Positions 21,285-30,420 of a stretch of DNA of 64,000 nucleotides are shown in pieces (within the stretch, counting starts at the first letter, position 1; each line of letters opens with the position of its first letter). This DNA comes from Candidatus Iainarchaeum sp. (GTDB taxonomy: Archaea; Iainarchaeota; Iainarchaeia; Iainarchaeales; JAAZKV01), in NCBI GenBank assembly GCA_026397015.1, contig JAPLVR010000003.1:45414-109413 (forward strand), written 5' to 3'. The translations under genes and the position numbers were made by a program. The notes beneath the pieces are model-generated. The model saw nothing but the letters and a program-made list of their open reading frames with translations, ran no database searches and was not told the DNA's origin.

Positions 21285-21442
21285 AGCCCCATCGTCTAGT
21301 GGCCAAAGAAATTCAGGCGCAAAGCGTTGACTGATTTCTGCCAAAAGGATGCAAGCCTCTGGCTTTCATCGCAAAAGACGAAAGTTTGAAGCGAGTTGAA
21401 AGAAGCTAGCTTGAGACCCCAGTTCAAATCTGGGTGGGGCTA
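21285..21442 (+). tRNA. tRNA-Gln(CUG) with two introns (21306-21345 in the D-loop; 21363-21407 at 37/38)
   Basis: Spliced form AGCCCCA-TC-GTCT-AGTGGCCAA-GGAT-G-CAAGC-CT-CTG-GA-GCTTG-AGAC-CCCAG-TTCAAAT-CTGGG-TGGGGCT-A. It has the A1-U72 pair typical of archaeal tRNA-Gln, BHB/BHL motifs at both junctions and a T-tract downstream. Confidence 0.92.
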
Positions 21443-21530
21443 TTATTTTTTTATTTCAAATTTCTTAGGAGTTACAATTATCACATCTTTCACAATATCC
21501 AAAAAGAATAACCAAAAAAAAGATTCTTAT

Positions 21531-22250
21531 TTACTTCCCAAATCTTCTTCCACGTGAATTGTACCCCTCAATTATTTTATCGATGTCCTGTTCCGTGAGC
21601 GCGGGCCAATACTTGTCAATGAAAGCCAATTCAGAATAAGAGCTTTGGAATGTGAGGAAACCCGAAAGGCGCTGTTCATTCGAGGTGCGCACAATCAAAT
21701 CCGGCTCCTTGAAATCCGCATACAAATATTTTTTGAAAGAATCAATTGAAAGCGCTTCCGGATTTGTTTTCCCAAGCTTTGCATCGAGGGCGAACTTCTT
21801 CGTAGCGTCAACTATTTCTGTTTGGCCGTCATAGCCGAGGGCGAGATTGATTGTTTTCTCATTGAATTGGGAAGTGTATTTTTCAGCTTCGAGCATTTTT
21901 TTCTGTATAATCTTTGGAAATTTTTCCCTCTGGCCGATAAAATTCAGCTTTATCCCATTCTCCCGAATTATTTTCCTTTCTTTTACTTTATCCAATTCTT
22001 TCTCAAAAATTTTCATTAAAACGCTCAGTTCAACCCTGCTTCGCTCAAAATTTTTCAAAGAAAAAGTGTAGAAGGTTCCTGTTTTTATTCGCGGGTACTT
22101 TGTGAGCCAACCCAAAACATCCCACGCCTTTTGGGTGCCGAGATAATAGCTCTCAGCCAATGTTACTCCCGCCTGCTGGGCGTAACGCCTATTGCCATCG
22201 GGAATAAAGGCTATTGATTCAAGCAACAATCTCACCAAACAAAATAACAA
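21531..22250 (-). CDS. uppS: cis-prenyltransferase (polyprenyl diphosphate synthase)
   Basis: FIPDGNRRYA, FSLKNF, PDLIVRTSNEQRLSGF, RRFG at the C-terminus. Confidence 0.93.
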   Translation of the reverse strand: MLFCLVRLLLESIAFIPDGNRRYAQQAGVTLAESYYLGTQKAWDVLGWLTKYPRIKTGTFYTFSLKNFERSRVELSVLMKIFEKELDKVKERKIIRENGIKLNFIGQREKFPKIIQKKMLEAEKYTSQFNEKTINLALGYDGQTEIVDATKKFALDAKLGKTNPEALSIDSFKKYLYADFKEPDLIVRTSNEQRLSGFLTFQSSYSELAFIDKYWPALTEQDIDKIIEGYNSRGRRFGK

Positions 22251-22358
22251 ATTGTTAAGTATTAAAAGGTTCTGTTACTCTTAAAAATTTGAGCCAATAA
22301 AACCGTTCGAAGATTGTACCAATCCACGACTTAAATACTGGGGACACGCTGCATTATA

Positions 22359-22389
22359 TGAAACTTTTACCGCATGTGAAACTTTTACC
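22359..22389. repeat. 13-bp direct repeat TGAAACTTTTACC x2 (18-bp period) in a divergent intergenic region
   Basis: Exact copies at 22359-22371 and 22377-22389. Confidence 0.7.
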
Positions 22390-22434
22390 ACAACAGAAAA
22401 CCATATAAAACCCAAAAGCGGACTATTTATTGAT

Positions 22435-24216
22435 ATGAAAAAGCTGTTAATCGCATTGTTTCTAACAGTAACAATGCTTTTTTTTCTCGGGTGCACCCAA
22501 CCACCTGTTTGCGGCAACGGGTTTTGTGAAACAGGAGAAACACCTGAAAACTGTCCTGCGCAAAATGGGGGAGATTGTCCGCCAATTAGCTTGTGCGGAA
22601 ACGGAACGTGTGATGCCGGAGAAACTTACCAAACCTGCCCAGAAGACTGCGGACAGCCGCCTGAATGCAGAACAAATGATGACTGCCCGACAATATGTGA
22701 TGGCAATATCACACTACTAACCAATTGTGTCAATGGCATGTGTGAGGAACCCCAGATACACATTGGATGCAAAATTGGAAGCTGCGACGCACAATGCGGA
22801 ACCGACGCGGACTGCAACGAAGGGCAAAAATGCGACACACACAAATGCACGTGCGGACTTGACACCAACGGCGTAAAAGCGGTTGTACTCGTGGACAAGA
22901 GGCTTTATTCGCTTTTGAAAAGCGAAATCGACAGGTATGTGGAACTTGCAAAAAGCAGGAGGCAATTCGGCATACTTTTGGACAATAATAAGAACTTAGA
23001 CGATTATGCTTTCGAGGAAGTCCGAGGGCTCATTAAGAAATACAAAAAAGAAAACCCTTACATGGAGGGGGCGCTATTCATTGGAAATATTAAATTGCCC
23101 TCATTTTACAGTTCCAGAGGGGACAACGAACAAATAAGACTCTGGCCGGCATATTACGAAAGTTTGAATTTGCAATTAGATAAATTTTATCAAGATAATG
23201 CCACCGTGCCCCCCTGTGCACCGGACATCTTGGAATTTTCCCAAGAATGGTGCGAAACCACCCAGCCAAAACCAGTTCCAAAACACGACTTTGATTATAT
23301 AAAAAATTATCCTGCAGCGCCAGATATTTGGACAGCTTACATTCCAGTTGGCGAAATTGGGGCCAATTCTTACCAAGACTTTGCAAACCAGTTGAAACCA
23401 TACTTTTCAAAAGTTTTAAAATTTTACAACAGGCAATATGCCCCAAATGAAAAAATGTACGAATTATCAAGCGACCTGTTCGGTGGAGACCTGAACTGGT
23501 GGCAAATGTATAGCCCGATAACAAAAATGGACTTTTATGCGATGAATCCGGACAAAAAAGACCAAAATTTGCCGTACATTGGCTGCTGCAGAAGGCTGCC
23601 GGAAGAAGGCTGTGACAAATGCAGGCGGCCAATTTCAGAGTGCCTTGTAAGGGCACCCCTCGAAAACTACTCAAATTTTGAGGCATTCAAAAAAGATTAC
23701 GACAGCAGAGCTGGCATGGACACAGATTGCTGGATGGGCGACGGGTCAATTTACATAGAACATATGCAACAAAACAGCTACGAATTCGTTCTCGTGAATC
23801 AGCACAGCTATGGAGGATACTCAGTAATTTCTAGCGAACAGGCAAAAAACCTTACCAATGGCGGAATGATAATGATCGGTGAGGGCTGCTCGGTTGCAGA
23901 ATTCAGGCAGCCGAACTCGTCTTCGTATGTTGATTCGGGCTTTACTGCAGCTGACAACATTTTATTGAGCTATATATATGGCTCATCAAATTTTCTTGCA
24001 GCAATGGGTTCCCCGTTTAACAGGGGCCATTCGTCACAGCCAGAAATATTAATTGACGCAATGAAAAACAACGGAGATTATTTGGGAAAAGCACATTTCA
24101 AAAGAATGCAACGCTTATACGTTCTTGCAACTAATGCATACGAGCAAAAAGAACAAATGAACGAAATGCTGCTTGGGGACCCTTTCCTTGACACTGAATC
24201 ATCCTTATCAAACTGA
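22435..24216 (+). CDS. Lipoprotein with Cys-rich repeats and a putative peptidase C25 (gingipain-like) domain
   Basis: Lipobox FFLG/C; CGNGxCxxGE repeats; 'ALFIGNIKLP', His in VNQHS, Cys in GEGCSV, C-terminal LLGDP. Confidence 0.65.
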   Translation: MKKLLIALFLTVTMLFFLGCTQPPVCGNGFCETGETPENCPAQNGGDCPPISLCGNGTCDAGETYQTCPEDCGQPPECRTNDDCPTICDGNITLLTNCVNGMCEEPQIHIGCKIGSCDAQCGTDADCNEGQKCDTHKCTCGLDTNGVKAVVLVDKRLYSLLKSEIDRYVELAKSRRQFGILLDNNKNLDDYAFEEVRGLIKKYKKENPYMEGALFIGNIKLPSFYSSRGDNEQIRLWPAYYESLNLQLDKFYQDNATVPPCAPDILEFSQEWCETTQPKPVPKHDFDYIKNYPAAPDIWTAYIPVGEIGANSYQDFANQLKPYFSKVLKFYNRQYAPNEKMYELSSDLFGGDLNWWQMYSPITKMDFYAMNPDKKDQNLPYIGCCRRLPEEGCDKCRRPISECLVRAPLENYSNFEAFKKDYDSRAGMDTDCWMGDGSIYIEHMQQNSYEFVLVNQHSYGGYSVISSEQAKNLTNGGMIMIGEGCSVAEFRQPNSSSYVDSGFTAADNILLSYIYGSSNFLAAMGSPFNRGHSSQPEILIDAMKNNGDYLGKAHFKRMQRLYVLATNAYEQKEQMNEMLLGDPFLDTESSLSN

Positions 24217-24334
24217 ACCTATTTAAAATAGAAAAAAATTTTCACAAAACTATCCTATTTAAAAAAACTTTTTAAGAAGTATTTTAAGAAAGTCATTAAT
24301 TTTATTTGAACTTTATTTTTAGGGGGGAAATGCC

Positions 24335-24877
24335 ATGAAAAAAGTCGATAAATATCCTGAAACGAAAAAAAATTTGTGGGCGGCTTTTGCCGGCGAAAGC
24401 CAGGCGAGGAACAAATATGATTATTTCGCAAAGGAATTCAGGAAGGCGGGCTACGAACAAATTGCTGCTATTTTCGAGGAAACCGCGCTGAACGAAAAGG
24501 AACATGCGAAAATGATTTGGAAACTCCTCGGAGAGAATGAAAGAGGACTTGAAGCATTTTTAGATGCGGCAATCGCGGGCGAGCACTATGAAACAAGTCA
24601 GATGTATCCTTCATTTGAAAAGGTTGCGAAAAAGGAAGGGTGCGAGGATACGGCAACATTCTTCAAAGAAGTCGCGGAAGTCGAAGCGCAGCACGAAAAG
24701 AGGTATAAGGCATTAGCGGAACATTTGAAGGGAAAGAAAACTTTCAGGGAAGAGAAAGAAATAAAATGGAAGTGCAGAAACTGCGGTTACATTCACACTG
24801 GAAAAGAAGCACCTGAAAACTGTCCGTGCTGCAAACATCCGAAGGCTTACTTTGAAAGGCTCTGCACAAATTACTAA
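24335..24877 (+). CDS. rbr: Rubrerythrin
   Basis: AFAGESQARNKY, ExxH x2, C-terminal rubredoxin CRNCG..CPCC. Confidence 0.95.
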   Translation: MKKVDKYPETKKNLWAAFAGESQARNKYDYFAKEFRKAGYEQIAAIFEETALNEKEHAKMIWKLLGENERGLEAFLDAAIAGEHYETSQMYPSFEKVAKKEGCEDTATFFKEVAEVEAQHEKRYKALAEHLKGKKTFREEKEIKWKCRNCGYIHTGKEAPENCPCCKHPKAYFERLCTNY

Positions 24878-24925
24878 CTAATAAAAAATACCAAAAATAA
24901 TTTCCAACTACAAAAAGGGAATAAG

Positions 24926-25564
24926 ATGGGAAAGCCTAAGCTCTGCATTCCGACTAATATTGAAATTAGGCGAAATATTTCAAGCGCACTGCGCAGTTTC
25001 AAAAAAACATGGAACTCGGATGAGAAGATTTTTGAGGAACTGTGCTTCTGCCTTTTGACGCCGCAGAGCTCGGCGAAGCAGGCGCTCAAAACAATCGAGC
25101 TGCTCAAGGAGCACAAACTTCTTTTTAGGGGAAGCGCAAAGCAGAAGGAAAAATTCCTTAAGAATGTGAGATTTTACAAAACAAAGGCGGTGCGGTTGGA
25201 GGAGGCGCAGAAAAAATTCCCGAAAAACAAAATCAAAAAAATCTTAATGCAAAATGGGCTCCCTTCGAACCCCCTGAAGTGCAGGGAATTTCTGGTGCGG
25301 GAAGTGAATGGCTACGGTATGAAGGAAGCGTCGCATTTTTTGCGGAATATCGGCTTCGGCGAGGAGGTGGCAATACTTGACAGGCACATTTTAAAAAATT
25401 TAAAAAGCTGTGGCATCATTGGGGAATTGCCGAAAACGCTTGCACCGAAAAAATACCTTGAAACCGAGCTGAAGATGAAAAGGTTTTGCAAAAGGCACGC
25501 AATTGATTTTGGCGAACTGGATTTGGTTTTTTGGAGCAATGAAACTGGAAAAGTATTAAAGTAA
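24926..25564 (+). CDS. ogg: 8-oxoguanine DNA glycosylase/AP lyase (N-glycosylase/DNA lyase)
   Basis: ELCFCLLTPQ, GYGMKEASHFLRNIG, AILDRHIL, LDLVFW. Confidence 0.9.
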   Translation: MGKPKLCIPTNIEIRRNISSALRSFKKTWNSDEKIFEELCFCLLTPQSSAKQALKTIELLKEHKLLFRGSAKQKEKFLKNVRFYKTKAVRLEEAQKKFPKNKIKKILMQNGLPSNPLKCREFLVREVNGYGMKEASHFLRNIGFGEEVAILDRHILKNLKSCGIIGELPKTLAPKKYLETELKMKRFCKRHAIDFGELDLVFWSNETGKVLK

Positions 25565-25567
25565 GAA

Positions 25568-26074
25568 TCACTTAATTTCTTGGAATTCGCCCAATTTCTT
25601 ATTTTTTTTAACATTGTTCCATGGAAAAATTTTTCCGTTCATTATCACGTAGATTCCTTTTCTGAGTGACTGAACCGCTATCACTCCCCCCCCCAAATTA
25701 AACAAGGCGTCCGAATTATCTTGATTATACGGGGCCATCGCGCCCAAAAGAACCACTGTTTTTCCCTTCAAATTTTTCCCCAAAATTTTTGCGGTTTCAC
25801 ACATTGTATCGGTCCCGTGCGTTATTATGATCTTTTTATTTGCGCAGGACTTGCACCTTTTCAAAATTTTCTCCCTGTCTTTGCCAGTCATGTACAAAGA
25901 ATCTTTCATCATCAAAACTTCCCTGTCAATCTTAACTTTGCACCTTCCTTGCTTCAGCATGGCGGGCAGGTGCGATTTTGAAAAAACATATTTGTTGCCT
26001 TTTTTTATTTGCTCGCAGTCAATAGTCCCGCCCGTGGCGAACAATTTAATTTTCATAGGAATGAAAGGCTGCAA
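25568..26074 (-). CDS. Short asparaginase-domain protein
   Basis: TGGTI and HGTDT catalytic Thr motifs, DALFN. Confidence 0.88.
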   Translation of the reverse strand: MQPFIPMKIKLFATGGTIDCEQIKKGNKYVFSKSHLPAMLKQGRCKVKIDREVLMMKDSLYMTGKDREKILKRCKSCANKKIIITHGTDTMCETAKILGKNLKGKTVVLLGAMAPYNQDNSDALFNLGGGVIAVQSLRKGIYVIMNGKIFPWNNVKKNKKLGEFQEIK

Positions 26075-26128
26075 AACGCTTTAATATCCTATATGCTAAT
26101 TTTGGGGCAACGAAACGGGGGGTTTGTT

Positions 26129-27093
26129 TTATTTCCTTTGCCCGTAATACTCATTAAACCAGCAAATAAATTTTTCTATCCCTTCCTCAATCGAGGTTTT
26201 TGGCGCGTAGCCGAGAAGCCTTTGCGCTTTTGAAATGTCGGCAAAGGTTTTTGGAACGTCCCGGGCTGCATCGGAAGCATTTTCTTCTCCGCTTTCCTTC
26301 CAATATTTTTTTCGATGATTGAAATGAAATCCGTCAGCCTTCTTGATTCTCCGCGGCCGAGGTTGAACACTTCGCACCTGAAGGGCTTGTCAACCGAAGC
26401 GACGACGCCTGAAATAATGTTATCAATGTAAGTGAAGTCGCGTTCCATGTTTCCGTTGTTATAAACCTCAATCGGCTTCCCATTCTTTGCGCTGCTGGCG
26501 AATTTGAAAAGCGCCATGTCCGGCCTTCCCCACGGGCCGTAAACGGTGAAAAAGCGCAAACCGGTGCAGTTGAGCCCGAAAAGGCGGGAATAAGCGTGTG
26601 CCATCAATTCGTTTGATTTTTTTGACGCGGCATAAAGGGAAATCGGCGTATCTGTAAAATCGCTTTCCGAGAATGGGATTTTTTTGTTGGCGCCGTAGAC
26701 GCTTGATGATGACGCATAAACCAAATTCTTGGCGCCGAAGTTGCGGCAGCATTCCAAAATTGTGAGAAACCCTTTTATGTTTGCATCTTCATAAACCATT
26801 GGCTTTTCAATCGAATAGCGGACTCCCGCCTGCGCCGCAAGATTTACGGCGCAATCAAATTTTTGCTTCTTGAAAATTTTTTCCATTTTTTTCTGATTCG
26901 AAATGTCGCAGACTATTTCCGAAAAATTTCTGGATTTTTTGAGGATTTTTGCCCTGTCTTTTTTTATTTTCACATCATAATAGGGCGAATAGTTGTCGAT
27001 GCCGGTTATTTCATCGCCGCGTTCAAGAAGGGCTTTGCATAAATGAAACCCGATAAAACCGGCTGAACCGGTTACAAGAATCTTCATTTTCAC
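26129..27093 (-). pseudogene. UDP-glucuronate 4-epimerase-like SDR, frameshifted near 26261
   Basis: VTGSAGFIG, LAAQAGVRYS, LYAASKK, YGPWGRPDMA. The conserved MQPG/DV continues in another frame ([12 protein letters not shown]...WF) in ORF 26129-26377. Confidence 0.85.
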
Positions 27094-27211
27094 TCACCAA
27101 AAAATTTTTCGAACAAACCGCGAAAAGTTTATTTAAAAAAATGGTTGCGAAATGCTTTAATATTCCAATATGTTAATAGTATTGCTGCGATGTCAGCCGG
27201 AAGACGGTATT

Positions 27212-27412
27212 ATGAGCGCGAACGAAACCCCTGAAGAAGTTAGAGATGAGATGAACAGAATACTTGTGAACCTGCAGGACAAAATCGACGAGATTAACAG
27301 GCTAACTAGGGAATTGAAGAAAAAAAGGAAAGAATTTGACGGCATTTCGCCCTCAAGAACCGAGAAAATCCTTGAAGAGATAAAGGTGCCCGCCCTCGAA
27401 CTGTTGAAATAA
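27212..27412 (+). CDS. Small coiled-coil hypothetical protein
   Basis: Charged heptad-like sequence; ATG at 27212 (ORF open from 27170). Confidence 0.65.
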   Translation: MSANETPEEVRDEMNRILVNLQDKIDEINRLTRELKKKRKEFDGISPSRTEKILEEIKVPALELLK

Positions 27413-27454
27413 CGCTGCCAAACCTTAATTTTACTTTTTTATGAGGGTGTTTTT

Positions 27455-27796
27455 TTGTTAAAGAGCAATGGGAAACAAATAATGAAAAATGTAAGGACGG
27501 CGAAAACCTCCTTCGAGAGGACGAAGGGATTGATGTTTGAGGAAACCAGGAAATTCAATTATGCCCTCGTACTGGAGATGCCGAAGGAAGCAAGAATTGA
27601 AAGCTCAATTCATATGATATTCGTTTTTTTCCCAATAGATGTGCTCTTTTTGAACAAGGAAAAAGAAGTGGTGGATAAAGCGACTGTCCAGCCATTCTCG
27701 CCGAACTACACCCCTAAAAAACCCTCAAAATATGTTGTGGAACTGCCGGCTGGAAGGGCCAAGGGAATAAGGTTTGGGAGCAAAATCAGCTGGTAA
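27455..27796 (+). CDS. DUF192 (UPF0127) family protein
   Basis: RTKGLMF, IHMIFVFFPIDVLFL, YVVELPAG. Confidence 0.88.
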   Translation: MLKSNGKQIMKNVRTAKTSFERTKGLMFEETRKFNYALVLEMPKEARIESSIHMIFVFFPIDVLFLNKEKEVVDKATVQPFSPNYTPKKPSKYVVELPAGRAKGIRFGSKISW

Positions 27797-27871
27797 ATTC
27801 GGCACATGACAGCGACAAATAACCCAATAAAACCGCAAGCAAAGCAGGGAAATTCTGAGGGCTACAGAGTT

Positions 27872-27975
27872 TTAAAAAAAAAGAGGAAATAGAAAGCGAG
27901 AAATCAGGTTGCTTTCCATTCCTCCTTTGCCTCTTTGCCTTCTACCTAGAGAAATCGGGGTGATAACCCGAAACT
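27872..27975 (-). other. Candidate small RNA or 15-aa sORF in a 340-bp intergenic gap
   Basis: Minus-strand TTTTATA box about 27992-27998, hairpin TCGGG-N7-CCCGA (27955-27971), GGAGG then ATG at 27919, T9 tract at 27874-27882. Confidence 0.3.
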
Positions 27976-28134
27976 AGTTAGTCAAAACACCTATAAAAAT
28001 TTGTCAGGTTTGAAAACCAAACCACCCACCTTGTTTTTGGCTTAACCGCCAATTATTCCACAAAAAACGCCCCCATTACCACAATCGACGAAGTTTTAGG
28101 AGTTTTTTTAAAAGGAGGAAAAAAAAGCTATTTT

Positions 28135-29556
28135 ATGCTAAGGGAAGATAGCGCGCTTAAAGGGGCTGATTTTGAGTCAAAAAAAATCGAATATTCGAAG
28201 AAGATTAGTGAGTGCTACAGCGGGGAAATAGTTTCACGCAGGGACGAACTTTTTCTCCTATTGAACCTTCCTGAAATGAGTGAAAAGGAAAAAAATTTGT
28301 CCGGAAAAATCCTTGAAGAATTGAAACAATCCAGCGCAAAAATAGAATCAAAAAAGGACGTTTATTTTTTTCTAAAAAACTATTGCATGGAAAATCTCAT
28401 CCTCCTCAATAGGACGCAAAGGGAAAAAATAATTCTTCTGCTGGAATGGGAATCGCTCGGGCAAAGCATACTGACCCCTCTGCTAAGGGACCCGGATTTT
28501 GAGGAAATAATAATCAACGGGCCGAATAAGGAAGTGATGGTTTATCATTCCACATTCGGGTGGCTTAAAACAAATGTTCTTTTCGGGTCTGAGGAAAAGA
28601 TAAAGAGCATCGTGAATAAGATGGCGGCACCGCTCGGAAGGCAGCTTAGTTTTCATACGCCGATGGTGAATGCGGTTTTGGCAGACGGTTCAAGGCTGAA
28701 TGCCTCAATTTATCCGATTGCGTTCACGGGAATAAACGTGACAATAAGAAAATTCAAGGAAAATCCGTTGACGCCGCTGAATATAATAAATTCTGAAACA
28801 ATAAGCCGCGATGCGATGGCTTTTTTATGGTTGGCGATGCAAACCTCATCCTCGATTCTCATTTGCGGGAACACCGGTTCGGGAAAAACAACGACCCTTA
28901 ATTCTCTTTTCTGTTTTCTTCCGCCGAAGGAGAGAATAATAATTGTGGAAGAAACGCCGGAGCTGGCGCCGCCCCAGCACCACTTAATAAAAATGAATAC
29001 CGCGGAAAAACTGAAAATCGGTTTGGAGAAACTGATTGAAAACACTTTCAGGATGCGGCCGGACAGAGTAATTGTGGGCGAGATAAGGGGGCGGGAGGAA
29101 GCGAAAGCTTTTATCGACACGATGCTTGCCGGACAGGCAAGGGGAAGCTACTGCACCTTTCACGCCGAGAGCGCGAAAGAAGCGATTGAAAGGCTGCTTT
29201 CATTCGGCATAGAGGAAAGGGCGCTGGCTTCCCTTGATTTGATAATTGTGCAAAAAAGGCAGGAAAAAATAGGAAAAAACGGGGCAAGGAAAGAGGAAAG
29301 AAAAGTTACGGAAATAAGCGAGGTTGCAATCGGAGAAACAGGAACACAGCTTAACACCCTTTACTCTTTTTCCTATGAAAAAAACCGGCTTGAAAAGAAA
29401 AACGATTCAAAAAGGGTTTTAGAAAAAATAAAACGCACGTTTTCAACAAGCGAAAGTGGAGTGAAAAAACTGCTAAAAGAAAAAGAAAGGCTCCTGAAAA
29501 ATCTGCATCCTGAAACGCCCTTTAAGGAATTTTTTGAAATAATTGGAAGGGAATGA
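28135..29556 (+). CDS. Type II/IV secretion (TadA/CpaF-like) ATPase
   Basis: EEIIING, TIRKF, Walker A GNTGSGKT, VEETPEL, RPDRVIVGEIRG, TFHA. Confidence 0.93.
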   Translation: MLREDSALKGADFESKKIEYSKKISECYSGEIVSRRDELFLLLNLPEMSEKEKNLSGKILEELKQSSAKIESKKDVYFFLKNYCMENLILLNRTQREKIILLLEWESLGQSILTPLLRDPDFEEIIINGPNKEVMVYHSTFGWLKTNVLFGSEEKIKSIVNKMAAPLGRQLSFHTPMVNAVLADGSRLNASIYPIAFTGINVTIRKFKENPLTPLNIINSETISRDAMAFLWLAMQTSSSILICGNTGSGKTTTLNSLFCFLPPKERIIIVEETPELAPPQHHLIKMNTAEKLKIGLEKLIENTFRMRPDRVIVGEIRGREEAKAFIDTMLAGQARGSYCTFHAESAKEAIERLLSFGIEERALASLDLIIVQKRQEKIGKNGARKEERKVTEISEVAIGETGTQLNTLYSFSYEKNRLEKKNDSKRVLEKIKRTFSTSESGVKKLLKEKERLLKNLHPETPFKEFFEIIGRE

Positions 29557-29570
29557 AAAATTGAAAAGGA

Positions 29571-30389
29571 ATGAGAAAAATGAAATCTCCTTTGGAAAAA
29601 ATATTGAAAAAAAATGCGGCGATGAGAGAAAGGGAGCTGGAAGCGCACAAATCGCGGAGCATGCGGCTCAGCATTTTCATCAGCCTGTTTATATGGCTCA
29701 TAATAGGCGTGGTTGAAAAAAATATTCTAAAATCCGGAGCAATCGCGCTGATTGCCGCAATCTTGCTGTTTGCAACATTTCTCTCTCTTCCTGTTTTGAA
29801 GAAAAGGGCGCACGCAAAAAAAGTCGAGGCAGAACTTCCCCTTTTTCTCCTTCAACTCTCAACCGAAATAAAAATAGGAAAAAGCTTTCTGGAAGCGCTC
29901 AAGGACTGCACGGCACAAAACCTGAATGAGAAAAGAACGAGAAAAAATCTCTGCGTTGCGGATGAATTCGGAAAAGTTGTCGCAGACACGGAAAAGGGAG
30001 CAACATTCCAGGAAGCATTGAACAATATGAACAACAGGATGGAATCGCTTACGATAAGGCGGGCGTGCAGCAGCCTTTCAAACCTTCACCTGCAGGGAAA
30101 AAAGGATGTTGATGGATTGAAAAAGCTCGCGCAGGAACTCCTGTTGAAGCAAAAAATCGAGAGCCGCGAATTTTCAAGCAAAATGGTTGTTTACGCGCTG
30201 GTTTTTGTGGCGGTTTCGGCGATTGTGCCGGCGATGTTCCAAAGCTTCATACTTATCGGAAGTTATTTCATGAAAATTTCCTTCACCCCCGAACAGGTTT
30301 TTGCAATAATTGTGGTTTTTTTCCCTGCGGTCGACATTGCAATACTTTCAATAATAAACTCAAAGACGCCCGCATTTCTTCGACAATAA
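29571..30389 (+). CDS. TadB-like (T2SSF domain) membrane protein
   Basis: Two N-terminal TMs, 'EAELPLFL', 'GATFQEAL', C-terminal TMs; follows the ATPase. Confidence 0.85.
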   Translation: MRKMKSPLEKILKKNAAMRERELEAHKSRSMRLSIFISLFIWLIIGVVEKNILKSGAIALIAAILLFATFLSLPVLKKRAHAKKVEAELPLFLLQLSTEIKIGKSFLEALKDCTAQNLNEKRTRKNLCVADEFGKVVADTEKGATFQEALNNMNNRMESLTIRRACSSLSNLHLQGKKDVDGLKKLAQELLLKQKIESREFSSKMVVYALVFVAVSAIVPAMFQSFILIGSYFMKISFTPEQVFAIIVVFFPAVDIAILSIINSKTPAFLRQ

Positions 30390-30420
30390 TTCCGAGACTC
30401 AAAAAGTCTGAGGCTTAAAA

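Noticed and set aside
23090-23686. 198-aa minus-strand ORF
   Set aside because: Antisense to the C25-like lipoprotein; no protein-like features
21443-24300. Possible mobile element integrated at the tRNA
   Set aside because: No integrase and no duplicated tRNA 3' end seen; housekeeping uppS follows directly
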